Positions 1 to 13,333 of a stretch of 64,000 nt of DNA are shown in pieces. Position 1 is the stretch's first letter. Every line of letters begins with the position of its first letter. The stretch comes from Eledone cirrhosa. Lineage: Eukaryota. Both the position numbers and the translations under genes were made by a program. Under the pieces are notes generated by a model, which was not told where the DNA came from, ran no database searches, and saw only the letters and a program-made list of their open reading frames with translations. The stretch lies in assembly GCA_964016885.1 (NCBI GenBank), contig OZ024740.1, positions 119,598,001-119,662,000 on the forward strand. Reading direction: 5' to 3'.

Positions 1-1164
1 CTTTTCTATTTGCCTGTTTGGTTACATTTGCTATGAATGATCAAAGATAATGTTGAGTAGAGAAGACAACCTAAATTGTCAAGATATCTCTCTGATGCTG
101 ATGCCAAGATGAAATACACCTAGCACATTCTGTAAAATGGTTAGTGAACAAATGGGGACAACATAGCCATACTGAGGACTTGACAACCTCTCTAGTCCTG
201 CTACAACAATAACATGAATCCAGCTCACTGTTTAAAACGGTTGGCATTAGGAAAGGCATCAAGCCAAAGAATCGATGCAAGAAAGGTCATGAGAGGCTGA
301 TAACATAAGAAAAATTCAAACTATATCAACACATCCCATCCCTATTAGCTGGGAAATTAGATGTGAAATTTCAATGAGAATGATGATGACATCCACTTCT
401 AATGTATTCCACAATGCCCAATATATAATCTGTTACCTAACTTAAACAATAAAACTGTTACAGAAACAGGAAGTAAAGATATAGCAATTTGTCTTACGTC
501 GTTATATTTTTAGTTACTTGAAATTATATAGAATTCATATAGTGTTAATTATATTTATGAGGTAAAAACAAAGGACATTTTGTATAAGAACTTCTTAAAG
601 AGTCAATGTTATCAAATACAATGCCATAGATTGCTTAGAAACCACTGAAAATAAAATATAATAATATCACAGAGCGTTAAACAATCTAATATAATATTGG
701 AATATGAAGAATTAGAATGTAAAAAAATATCGTAATGTTTATAATAAAAGGAGATGCTGGGCAGAAATTAGAGAAAAATAAAATATTTTCTATTATATAA
801 AACATCTGATGACATTACCGCTTCCTTTGACTCATAATATTCTTTATCTGTTTTTTTACACTTATTTTGCCTCCTGTTGGCTTTCCCTATTTAATTTTTT
901 TTATTTATTCTATTATATTTTATTTTACTTTACTTTTTTTTATTTCCATTTTTATTTCTTTATTCTTTTATGTGTATATCTTGTATTTTTGTTTTGTTTC
1001 TCAACTGTAAGAAATACTAGATGCTTTACCTAGTCTATCATGGCTTACTAGGTCTATACGGACATTTAAATTGATTAATAGATAATTACACAATATCTCA
1101 TTTAATAAAATCTTTAGTCCCATATATATATACATGTATGGGACTAAAGATTATACATGCACAT

Positions 1165-1353
<189 letters not shown>

Positions 1354-1679
1354 CATCATCACAATCACTGTTTAATTTCTATTTTCCATACCTGCAAGAG
1401 TTAGAAAGGTTGTCACCTTATGTGACATTTCATGGGTAAGTTTTTCTGGCTTAGTTTCTTTGCCCCCACCAGCTTCCACCATCCTATCATAATTGCCCCT
1501 TCTCTGTTATTATTACTGCCTTTCTCCACCCCAAATCTTCATTATATATATTGTACTGGGTAATTGCTGGCCTTGTGCAAAAAGTAGAAACAATTATACA
1601 TATATATTGTTTCTACCATTGAAACATTAGTTCTTGTCTGATGACCATGTAATAAAAAGACCTCACTTTTTAGCCTTAA

Positions 1680-1858
1680 TAATTGTTTCCGCTTATGGCA
1701 CAAGGCCAGCATTTACCCCAGTGCATTAGTGTTACTTTATATTATCGACCCCGTAAGGATGAAAGGTAAAGTTAACCTCAGCGGATTTGAACTCAGACTG
1801 TAAAGGGACATAGCTATGCTGGAAAGCATGGCGTCCGCTCCTCTACTGATACTGCCAA
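1680..1858 (-). mobile_element. tRNA-derived SINE, family A (central ...ctttcatccttacggggtcgataa... domain)
   Basis: B-box-like gagttcaaatcc on the minus strand; near-identical copies at 16505-16685 (-) and 53070-53258 (+). Confidence 0.8.
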
Positions 1859-1884
1859 ACCTTAATAATATTGAATATATATAT

Positions 1885-2567
1885 GATGAAATACCAATGA
1901 TGGTTGGAAGATCACTGATGAATGACTAACTTTATTCATATGTAACCCATTTGCAACCACGCAGCACGTTTGTTCTCATATTCACACATATATTTTCCCC
2001 CGCTGTGACCCGTCTATTTCGTTCTTACTGCTTCCTCTTTCTCTGTATCTTTACCCTCTATAACAGTCACTCTCGCTGTTAGCCTCTTCCTCACCCTTCA
2101 CTCACTCACTCTCTGCTACTACCTCTCCTACTTCCTCCCGTTTGACCTGTGCGTAATTCTTTTCTCTCGCACGCTTGACCAGGTTGGGTCGCCTTTTCTC
2201 TCTCTCGTCTACGATTTCACAGAACTTATGTTCACCGAATTCACGGACTGGACTCCTTCCTCCTCCCGTTTGACCTGTGCGAAATTCCTTCCTTGCTCAC
2301 ATTTCGACTAGGTTTGATGGTCTTTATTCTCTCTCGTTCACGATTTCACCGATCTTATATTCATGGAAATCTGAGACTTGACTCTTTCTTCCTCACTTTT
2401 CGTTGCTTTACCTTCTTTGTTTGTTTACACTCTCGCTCGTTCCCCTTATTTACGTGTCCCAACGACTTTCTTTAGCCGTTGCTCGCACCAACCGGAGGTA
2501 TATGGTCTTTAAAGCGATGAAATACCAATGATGGTTGGAAGATCACTGATGAAGGAATAACTTTATT

Positions 2568-2571
<4 letters not shown>
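1885..2571 (+). mobile_element. Non-coding PLE/retrozyme-like element with a ~57 bp terminal direct repeat (period 631 bp), flanked by (TA)n
   Basis: gatgaaataccaatgatggttggaagatcactgatgaa...actttattcatat occurs at 1885 and 2516; pyrimidine-rich body; the motif is homologous to 22735-22800. Confidence 0.55.
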
Positions 2572-2954
<383 letters not shown>

Positions 2955-2957
<3 letters not shown>

Positions 2958-3164
2958 TGGCTGAGTGGTTAGAGAATTGGATTCGCAATCGTAAGGTTGT
3001 GAGTTCGATTCCTGGACCAGGCGGTGCGTTATGTCCTTGAGCAAGACACTTTATTTCACGTTGCTCCTTCTACCTGGAGTTGCGACCGATAGATAGTATT
3101 AGCAATTGGAAAGACCAACGGAAACATTGTTCCCTCGGTCCGATTTGACGAAAGTTGATCGTTC

Positions 3165-3168
<4 letters not shown>
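2955..3168 (+). mobile_element. tRNA-derived CORE-type SINE
   Basis: A box tggctgagtggtt, B box gagttcgattcc, CORE-like gtccttgagcaagacactt; flanked by (TA)n. Confidence 0.8.
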
Positions 3169-3248
<80 letters not shown>

Positions 3249-3599
3249 TGAGTACTCTGGTGCGTTATAGTCCATCTGGTTATTTACCACAATTCCTTTG
3301 TTATATATATATACATATATCTCGCCCCCTAAATTTGTAATCACTTTGCTCTTTCTCTCTATGCTAGTCTACAATTCAAATTTTACGTTTGTTTCTCACG
3401 GATTTTCAATTAATATTTACATGTTTTTAAATGATTTGTCTCATTCTGTTGGACCCTTCCTAAATCAAATCCTTCTAAAGTTACCCATTTCCCCCACACA
3501 CCACCATTGCTAATGGTCCAATCATAACTCAGCGGCTTTAGTAAGTTCCCTAATAAATCAGTATAGCAAAGCTACCGCCCCCGTTACTACTCCTTAAGT

Positions 3600-6500
3600 T
3601 TAGACCTGTTTGATGGGTTGACTGCGGAGATTTGGAAAGTCTAAGCATTCAATGACGATGTCACAGATAAAGATAAATTCACCTCCTGCTGCAGGACGAA
3701 AATACAAAGACCCCTCTCTATTTCAGACACAAATGACCAACATAATTCCGTCTCCCACACCCCTCCCTGCCCCTCTAACCCATCCATCCCACCCGCCCAA
3801 CTTCAGAGTTGGTACCATGAACGTAGGCACATTAAAAGGTCGCTCAAATGAGGTTGTAGAGATGCTTGAACGTAAAGAAGTTGATGTTTGTTTTATTCAA
3901 GAGACTAGGTGGAGAGGGGGGGGTCGGCCAGATTCATCGTGGGTAAAAAACGATGCTATAAACTTTTCTGGGTGGGAAACGAAAACGGACTGGGTGGAGT
4001 AGGAATTATGTTAACTGAAAATGGGTAGATAAGGTAATCGACGTAAATAGAGTAAATGACAGAATAATTAAAATAAGGCTAGTTCTAAATAAAACTACTG
4101 TGACAATAATATCCGCTTATGCACCCCAATCTGGTCTAATGACGTTATAAAGGACAGGTTCTATGAGATGCTAATGCACACTACGTCCCAAATAACCGAC
4201 AGCGACTACATAATTATTGCTGGCGATCTAAACGGCCACGTTGGACAACATAGTAATGGCTATGATGGAATCCATGGAGGCTATGGGGTTGGAAATAGAA
4301 ATGAGGAAGGCTTCAGAATCCTGGAATTCTGTGACGCCAATAACCTAACTATCTGTAACACAAACTTCAAAAAACGTGAAAACCACTTGATCACCTATAG
4401 ATCAGGGGAACACGCCAGCCAGATAGATTATATCCTTACTAGAAGACAGGACAAAGTGTCTGTTGTAAACACTAAATCCCTTTAAAATTTAAAAGCTTAT
4501 TACTTGATGCCTTTGACAATAAGGAAGAGCAATTAGAGACGTGTGATATAGAGGAACAGTGGTAACTCTTGAAAGTGAACCTGCTGAAAGCAACGGATGA
4601 AATCTGTGGCTGTAGCAGACCTATTGGCAGGAGGAGAGTAACTTGGTGGTGAGGTAAGATAGAAGAGACAATCAAGGCCAAAAAATAGGCTTGGAAAGTA
4701 TGGCAGGATGGGGGAAGTAGAGAGCACTATCAAGTGACCAGGAGAAAAGCTAGGAGACAAGTGTACCTTGCAAAAAGGGAAGCAGAAGATGGAAAGTTCA
4801 AGCATGTTCCACAACGTGAGGACCAAAAACGCGAGGTGTTCAGGATTGCTAGACAATGTGTCAAGGAAAACCGTGATATTGTCGAGGAGAAGTGTGTCCG
4901 TAATGATAACAGTGTACTTGCCCTCACTGATGCTGATAAGAAGATAGCCTGGAAGTGTCACTACGAGAGATTATTAAATGAGGAGAATAAGTGGGAAAAC
5001 GATAGTCTGCCCCAAATCGATCCAATAGAAGGACCAGCGGTGCAAGTTAAAGGTAGTATAATAAGTAAGGCAATCAAAGATATGGAGACAGGCAAGGCAG
5101 CTGGGCCTTCGGAGATAGTTGCTGAGATGTTGAAGGCATCTGGAATGGTGGGACATACTATGGTCACCCGTATAGTTAACCAAGTAATACAGAATGGGGT
5201 CATACCAAAAGACTGGCATAGCAGCATCATCATTAACTGCTACAAGGGTAAAGAAGATGCTCTAGATAGAGTAAACTATAGAGGCATTAAGTTAGTTGAC
5301 CAGGTCATGAAGGTTACAGAAAGAGTTATAGCGCAACTAATCAGAGAGCGAATTTGGGTTTGTGTCAGGCCAAAGTACCACAGACGCTCTTTTCCTTGTA
5401 CGACAACTACAAGAGAAGTACCTAGCTAAAAGTAAACCCCTCTACTTAGCTTTTGTAGACCTGGAAAAAGCCTTTGACAGAGTCCCCCGCTCCATTATCT
5501 GGTGGGCTCTTAGAAAACTAGGTGTAGATGAATGGCTTGTGAGAGCTATACAAGCTATGTATATTGAAATAGTCAGTAAGGTTAGAATTAACAATGAATA
5601 TTTTGAAATATTTAGTGTAAAAGTTGGTGTTCACCAAGGCTCTGTCCTTAGCCCCCTCCTATTTATTATTTCCCTTCAGGCTATAACAGAGGAGTTCAAG
5701 TCCGGCTGCCCATGGAAACTCCTATACGCAGATGATCTAAGCTCATAGCTGAATCAATGGCTGAACTAGAAAAGAAATTCCAAACATGGAAGCATGGTCT
5801 AGAATCAAAAGGCCTTAAAGTTAACTTGTCTAAGACTAAAGTCCTAGTTTGCAGAAAGGAAAATAAGGCACAGGTACCCTCAGGGAAATGACCTTGCTCA
5901 GGGTGTAGGAAAGGAGTAGGCAGAAATTCAATTTTATGTCCCTAATGCAAAGTATGGGTACATAAAAGATGTATTGGGATCACAGGTAAACTATCTAAGA
6001 ACGTAGATTTTATATGTGGCCAGCTCAGGTGCAATAAGTAGCAAGTGCCCACAGGATACTAACCCCTTCTATTGCCCAGATGGTTCTATAGAAATAGTAG
6101 ACACTTTCCGTTACCTGGGTGATGAAATAAGCAGTGGTGGAGGGTGTTCTGAAAGTACAGTAGCCAGAGTCAGAACGGGATGGAAAACGTTCAGAGAGCT
6201 TATACCGCTATTGGCCACAAAAGGTTTCTCTCTAAAAATGAAAGGCAGATTGTATGATGCTTGTATACGAACAGCAATGCTACATGGCAGTGAGACATGG
6301 GCATTGTGTGCAGATGACCTGCGTAGACTGGAAAGGAACGAAGCATGCATGCTCCATTCGATGTGTAATAGTAATATACGTGAACGGCAAAGCATAAATG
6401 AACTAAGTGAGAAATTAGGAATAAGAGGGATCAGATGCTGTTTACTCGAGAGAAGACTACGTTGGTATGGTCACGTGATGCGCATGAAAGACGACAGCTG

Positions 6501-7090
6501 TATAAAAAAGTGCAGGGCGATCAAAATTGATGGTAGTTACGGAGTAGGTAGACCCAGAAAAGTCTGGGACGATCTGATAAATTCCGACCTTACACACTTG
6601 CACCTCTCTAAGACAATGTCACTGGACCGTGATCTTTGGCGCTACGAAGACACGCCTTGCCTATGTACAAAGGGAAACCTACAGTCAGTAGGCCCCTCTT
6701 AACCAAATATACACCCCAATCCACTACCACTACCCTATCCTCCCACACCCACCAACACCACCCTCTCTCTATAAAGTTGGTACCACAACATCCAGTCCAA
6801 ATAAATTAGATAAATGAGATCGAGATCGAGATCGTGTAGGTGTCACGAGAAAAAAACACACAGTCCACGCTGTAATTTGGTCGTGTAGGTAACATGGTAA
6901 AAAGTTCCCAGTTCCACACTGTAAATGTGGTTGGTGTTAGGAAGGGCATCCAGCCGTAGAAAACCTGCCAGATAGTCCTATATGAGCGAGACATGGTCAC
7001 CCGACCAACCTTGCCTCAAGTGGGACAACTCCCGTCTAACCCATGCTAGCGTGGAAAATGGACGTTAAACGAAGATGGTGAGGATGATGA
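3600..7090 (+). mobile_element. Near full-length decayed RTE-clade LINE (APE endonuclease + RT)
   Basis: GTMNVGTL...IQETRW, AGDLNGH and SQIDYIL (APE); AFVDLEKAFD, GVHQGSVLSPLLF and LLYADD (RT); RRLRWYGHV; (GAT)n-like tail into (TA)n; many stops and frameshifts plus an internal deletion near 4485. The 5' boundary is approximate. Confidence 0.95.
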
Positions 7091-8139
7091 TATATATATA
7101 TATAACTATGTTTAATACAAAGCATTTAGATATATGAAATAAATGACTGCTAAATTTCAAAAAGCTGGTGCAATGCAGTAGAAATGCATAAAGAGCAAAG
7201 GATGACAAATGAAATAAAACAAAGTAATATTTTTCAACATGATATTTCAGGGCTATTACTCCTTTTGCAAATTGAAATGGTTCAAAACAAAATGGAACGA
7301 TCGATGTGTTTTTACCTAGCCAGTCTAAGTGAATGGAATACATATGTTTATCTATGGCTTTTTCTTGTTGATGATAATAGCCTCTTTAATTCTTAACGAT
7401 TCTGCATTTTACAAGAGAATACCAGCAGAGACAATTTTGTGCACCATGTGTCTGCCCTTCTACATGGAGCCAAATGACCTATATACAAACTACGATCTAT
7501 CACATGTGTAACAGATGCAGAGAGGGTAGCGACAAACATACCAGCATGGTGGAATTCCAGAGTGTTCTCACTTAAAACAGCTATATTTTTCTCTTACAAA
7601 ACACCAAAATATCAAGGCAGCAACACTTCAAAGAACAAGGAAGATAAGCACCCTTAGAGAAACATATGCTACCTAAAGTTGCTGCATTTCAATGAGAAGA
7701 CCATGACTGCAACCAGACAAGCCATCCACAGGGAGGGACTGAATATACAGCTGGTGAACTCAGGACCTCCATTGAGGAAACTACGCTACAGATATTGACC
7801 TCTAACAAACGATATGTATGCACTTCCTAATTGTCTTATCAACAACACAGAAGTGTGCCTGAGAGCGTATGTGATCTAGAAGGTCACATGTATTTAATGT
7901 AGCTCCTCGTACATCAAAAGTACTGTCTGGATGCTCCACATACAGCTCAAGAAGCACATGATGAGAGCTTCTCTGTCAAAAAATATCTTGATAGAGGTCA
8001 CAGCCAAGATATTGAGGTTGCCATAAAGTCAATGAAAAAGCCGATGGCACAGGACTGAGATCTCTAGTATTATGGAATAATACAGAAGACCTGTCTTCGC
8101 ATAGGCACAGGCTGAAGCTGAAGCTTACATCTAGTGAAG

Positions 8140-8700
8140 CCACCAGCCCACATTGTAAAGTAGCCGTGATTGGTACTTGCTAAAAAGCGCCCAGTGATCA
8201 TGATAATGACACAACAAAAACGCCCAGCCCCCTCTGTAAAGTGGTCATATAGTTGTCATGACAAAAGGCATCCAGCACTCCTTGTAAATGTGGTTGGCAT
8301 TAGGAAGGGTATCCAGCTGTAGAAACCAAGCCAAAATCAGTTCTGTATGAGCAAGGCATGGTCACTTGATCTGGAATTTCACGCATCAGGACAACTCATT
8401 TAACCCATGCTAGTTTAGGAAAATAGACATTAAACGATGATGATGATGATGATGTTGTATATATGTATCATCATCATCATTATCATCACCATTTTATATC
8501 CATTTTTCAACGCTTGGATGGGTTAGATGAATTGTCCTGTTGTGAGCAATGTTAGGTTGGGCGATCCTGTCTTGCTCATACAGAACTGATTGTGGCTTGG
8601 TCTCTACAGCTGGAAAAATTCAGTTCTGTATGAGCAAGACATGGTCACCTGACCTAGCATTGCCCACAACAGGACAACTCGTCTAACCCATGCTAGCTAG
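8140..8700. mobile_element. Cluster of RTE 3'-UTR fragments (+, -, +)
   Basis: Match the 3' UTRs of the large RTE copies; a (GAT)n tail faces an (ATC)n tail at 8455-8470. Confidence 0.8.
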
Positions 8701-9936
8701 CAGCTACCTCTGTGAAAATTATTTTCCAAGTCAGAAGTGGCATATTTAAGATCGACAACTTTCATGCATTCATATTTCTCAGATATGCCAAAGTAAGTTG
8801 GTTTTAGTTTAGCAGATATTTAATATTTTTTATGCTTTCTGTATGTGTTTAGTAAATCTTTTTCTCTGAAATGTATATATATGTGTTATGTGTGTGTGTG
8901 CAAAGTCAATGTGGCTCATGCCTTGTGTAAAATATAGTCCATTATACCATCACAAGATAGTAATAATCACTGGACAGATATGAAATGTTGGTCTTAGTTT
9001 AAATAGCTCATTAGAAATTTTTGTAATCAGTGCTAAATACAAGTATATATGATTTATGTATGGCTTCTAGAATATGAAGTTTACATAATGTACTTACAAG
9101 CAACAGAAATTAAAACAGAATAAAACGGCTAAAACATCCTAAGCCCATGCCAATTGTCTAGCCTCCCATCAATTATCATGTCTTCATTATCGTAATTTTG
9201 TGTTCACCTTCCATGCTGGCAACTGTTACCGGACAGGTCGGAGTGACATTATCTTGCTGATATATTCCTTATTTATTATAGTTTTTATCGCTGGATGTTC
9301 TTCATAATATCAACCACCTTACAAGGGTGTACTAGCTGTGTTGTTTCCTTCTCTCACACTTTATGCAGCTTTAATCCTTTTGATATCAAGCTGCTTGAAA
9401 CCACCTCTGCTGTTATAACACTGAAATATTTATTTTAAATGTATATATATATATATCTTATGACCTTCCACCATAATTCTATGTAGGAATCTTTCTTAAA
9501 TTATATTCTAAACACCAACATAATAAAAAGCTAGTTACATTTATAAATCTCTTCAAATTTTTGATTATTTTGAAAATTATTTAAAAATCATAGAGAGCAC
9601 CTATCTAATATTAGAAATATGATTATGAAAGTGTTCACAAGATTATATGAAAATCCAAACCAGAGTGAATGTGATAGGGCTAAAAGAACAGTCATTTTGA
9701 AGGAAATGGTGCATATGAGAGAAGTAGACTACACTACACTCATTAAAGACAATCCCTTTGGGACAGCAGTAACTCTGAACAAAATTCGAAAATGAAGAGA
9801 CTCTGATATTATCATGTTATAGGTTGTTGCATTGTAGTGGAATATGAACACTAAATATAGAGGATGTGGGAAGGGTGGAAAACAATAAGATGAGTATTTC
9901 CTTCTAGATATGTAATGTTAGTGCAGGCAACACCCA

Positions 9937-9939
<3 letters not shown>

Positions 9940-10026
<87 letters not shown>

Positions 10027-10044
10027 ACTGTGTGTGTGTGTGTA
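9940..10044. repeat. (TA)n-(TG)n microsatellite
   Basis: Directly visible. Confidence 0.97.
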
Positions 10045-10397
10045 TGCGTTTTAGTTATAAGAGATATGGCTAAGAACAATACAGAAAATAATAAATATTT
10101 TTTTCCCTCCATCATTTCGTTTAATTATTCTTTTCTTGGATGAAATTTTCTGCTGAACAAATTGTAGGTTTGCCAATAGTAGACAGAAAATGTTTCTATA
10201 ATTGTCAAAGATTGACAGTAATTCTACCTTCAATTTCACATGAAGGAGAGACATCAAATTTCTTTTGGCAACAAGATAGAGATACCATCATTGTTTTATA
10301 CATCCCGACTGCAGCAGTATGAAAACTTATGGCTAGAAATTAGCTTTCAAAGCAAAATTCTAGTATTCCTATGCCAAATGGTGTTATGATGTTTTGA

Positions 10398-10548
<151 letters not shown>

Positions 10549-13333
10549 CTAAGATATAAATCAATCTGTTATTAGTATTTGTAAACATGTACATATAGTC
10601 CTGTTGAGTAAATAAATAAGTATCAACAAAAATAAAATGCAAAGATTGTTATAAAAAGAAAAGTAAACACATTTCTAATGGGGAGAAAAAGCTAGAAATT
10701 GTTGAGGATTATTCTGGCACAGATTCAACAATTTCTATCCTGAAGCTCAACCACCTTGGAGATGAGAACGTAGAAAATGTTCACACACCATTTGAAGGAA
10801 TATAATACTCTGTTACAATTACTTTAGATATTTTACATTTATGTATTTCTTATGATAATTTGATATTATTACTGGAAGAAGAACACCAGTCCTACTTTTC
10901 AAATTCAGTGTTGTTTCTTCACTAAGTTTCTAATTTTCTCTTAAATATCATAAATATATAAAATGATAATTTATTGTTTCGTTTTCTTCTACATAGTTGT
11001 AAGCATAGCTATATGGTTAAGAAGTTTGCTTTATAATCACACTATCTCAAGTCTGATCCTACTATTTTCACCTTGGGCAAGTGCCTTCAACTGTAATAAT
11101 AGGCTGGTCAGTATCTTATGAGCTGAATTCAGACTATGCAGAAAAAAACACATCATATGTGTGTATAGGTCTTTTTGTTGTTTATATATAAACTTGTGTC
11201 TCATGTTGTGTATGTTTATGTTAAAAGTTAACTGAGCAACTTGATAAAAATGGATGAACAAAATAAGTACTAGATTGAAATAAGAACAGAGGTTTATTGG
11301 ATCAACTAAAACCCTTGAAGATTGTGCCCCAGAATGACCACAGTTCAATAATCAAAATTGTCAAAAGAATAAAATAATAAATAGCTGATACATTTGTTTT
11401 CTGCTTATTGAAATTAATGTTTCTTTTTCTGTTTTGATTTTTAAACAAAAAAATCATCTGATTTCTATGTTTGTGTTTCACTGCCATACAAAGTGACAAC
11501 ACTTCTAGCACATACATCTTATAGACGATATTTTTTTTAAAGTTAGAAACTTGTTGAAATATAAAAGATTATACGTAAACTTTTGGGGCCTCAATTGACT
11601 TAAGCTACAAGGTTATTACTAACTGATATGAACTCAGAATTCAAAAAAGCAGAACAAATATGACAAAGTAGCCTATCCAACCCTCTAACAACTGCACCAG
11701 TACACCATCATCATCATCATCATCATCATTTTACGTTCATTATTCCTAGCTTGCATGGGTTGGATGGGTGCTTCTCAGTACTGCGTCTCTCTACTTGTTG
11801 TGTTCATTTGTCATCTTTTCCATGAGCTTTAGCAATCTGAGATCAGCTCTCACCACATCCAACTAAATCTCTTCCTAGGTCTTCCTCTGCTTACTTATCA
11901 ACCCTAGTTGAATGAAAAATTAACCTTTTCAGTATTTGAACTCAGAATGTACATCAAAACATTTTGTCCGATACTTTAGTGCTGCTGCCAATTCAGTATC
12001 TGTGCAACGTTCAGGTTAATGGTGGAGATACTGAAACCAAGCACAAATGTATGATAAAATTGGAATGGGGACAGCAGTATTTTAGTGAATGTAGAAAGTT
12101 TTATCCATACAAATACTAAGTCCCATTATTAAGATCTGCCTGCGCAGTACCAGCATATCATGAGAGGTATTATATGGAGCTGAAACAGGGCAGTAAAGTG
12201 TATATATCACCAAAATATTTGATGTCTTTTATCAAAACTACTTAAGAAAAATACTGAAAATTTTGTAACAAATTTATATAAAACACGAATAAGTATTTTA
12301 CTACAAACTCTATCTATACATTTGACAATCTCGAATAGTTTTTATTTGAAAAAAACCTTATGACCAAAAATGAGTAAGGAAAGTCTATTTGAAGAATAGA
12401 AGACAAAATGAAGCAATACAATTTATTCAGAACTTAAAAAGAAGAACCTCTATACTGATAAGTATTTTATTACAGCTTTATTTATTATTGCTTTATTTTT
12501 GTCAATTTACAACTTGGCACAGCAGTCCACTTGACATGCAGGTATAAAGTAAATGTTCCTGAAATGGTTTTGAATTGTTAATGAACATCAGACTTAATTT
12601 GAACCTTGAATATAAAACAAGCGGAAAAGAAATATGAGGAAAAGAAGGTTCTTCACTTACTCTAGGAACATGTGCTAAAAAACATCTAAAGTCTGTCTCA
12701 AGCCTGGAGGCTCATCAGACAGTGCTTATCCTAGTTTTCATAGCACCAAGCACAAAACTACCCCCTGGGCAGGACACCAGGCCAACACATGATTAAATCT
12801 TCAGATATTGCTGGTATTCATTTAAGCTGAATATACTAGAGCAATGTGAACTGAAGTATTCCAGGAGTTGAACATACAACATTATAATCATAATTCTAAC
12901 ACCCTTACCACTAGGTCATTGGTAGCTCCCCACAATGTATCCAGTACACACTGTAAAGTGGCTGGCATTAACAAGGGAATGCAGCTATAGAAATAATGCC
13001 CAAAATTGAATGTATTGAGAAAAATGAGGGCCCTCAACACAGCTTGCAGGACAGTAGCTTTGATTAAGTACTGACTTTGTATGTAACAACCTAGCAAACC
13101 CATGCCAACAGGGTAAAATATATATAAAAGAATAATGAGGAATTGCAAAGGAAAGCAGTTCTCAGTAACAAAGACCAGTAAAGTATTGTATTTCTTTAGC
13201 CTTCCAACCAAATACATCATATGTTAAATATACGAAGAAAGTTGTGAATTTAACAACATCTAAATTACATTTAAATAATCAAATATTGAAAGTTAGCATA
13301 TTACAGATTATAAAGTCAAACCAAATGTCACAA

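Noticed and set aside
3530-3650. HDV-like ribozyme at the 5' end of the first RTE
   Set aside because: Only a ttagac/gtctaa pairing was found; P1, P3 and the catalytic strand are not convincing.
12661-12674. 14-nt micro-exon on the minus strand
   Set aside because: It is not frame-preserving and is expected by chance in AT-rich DNA.
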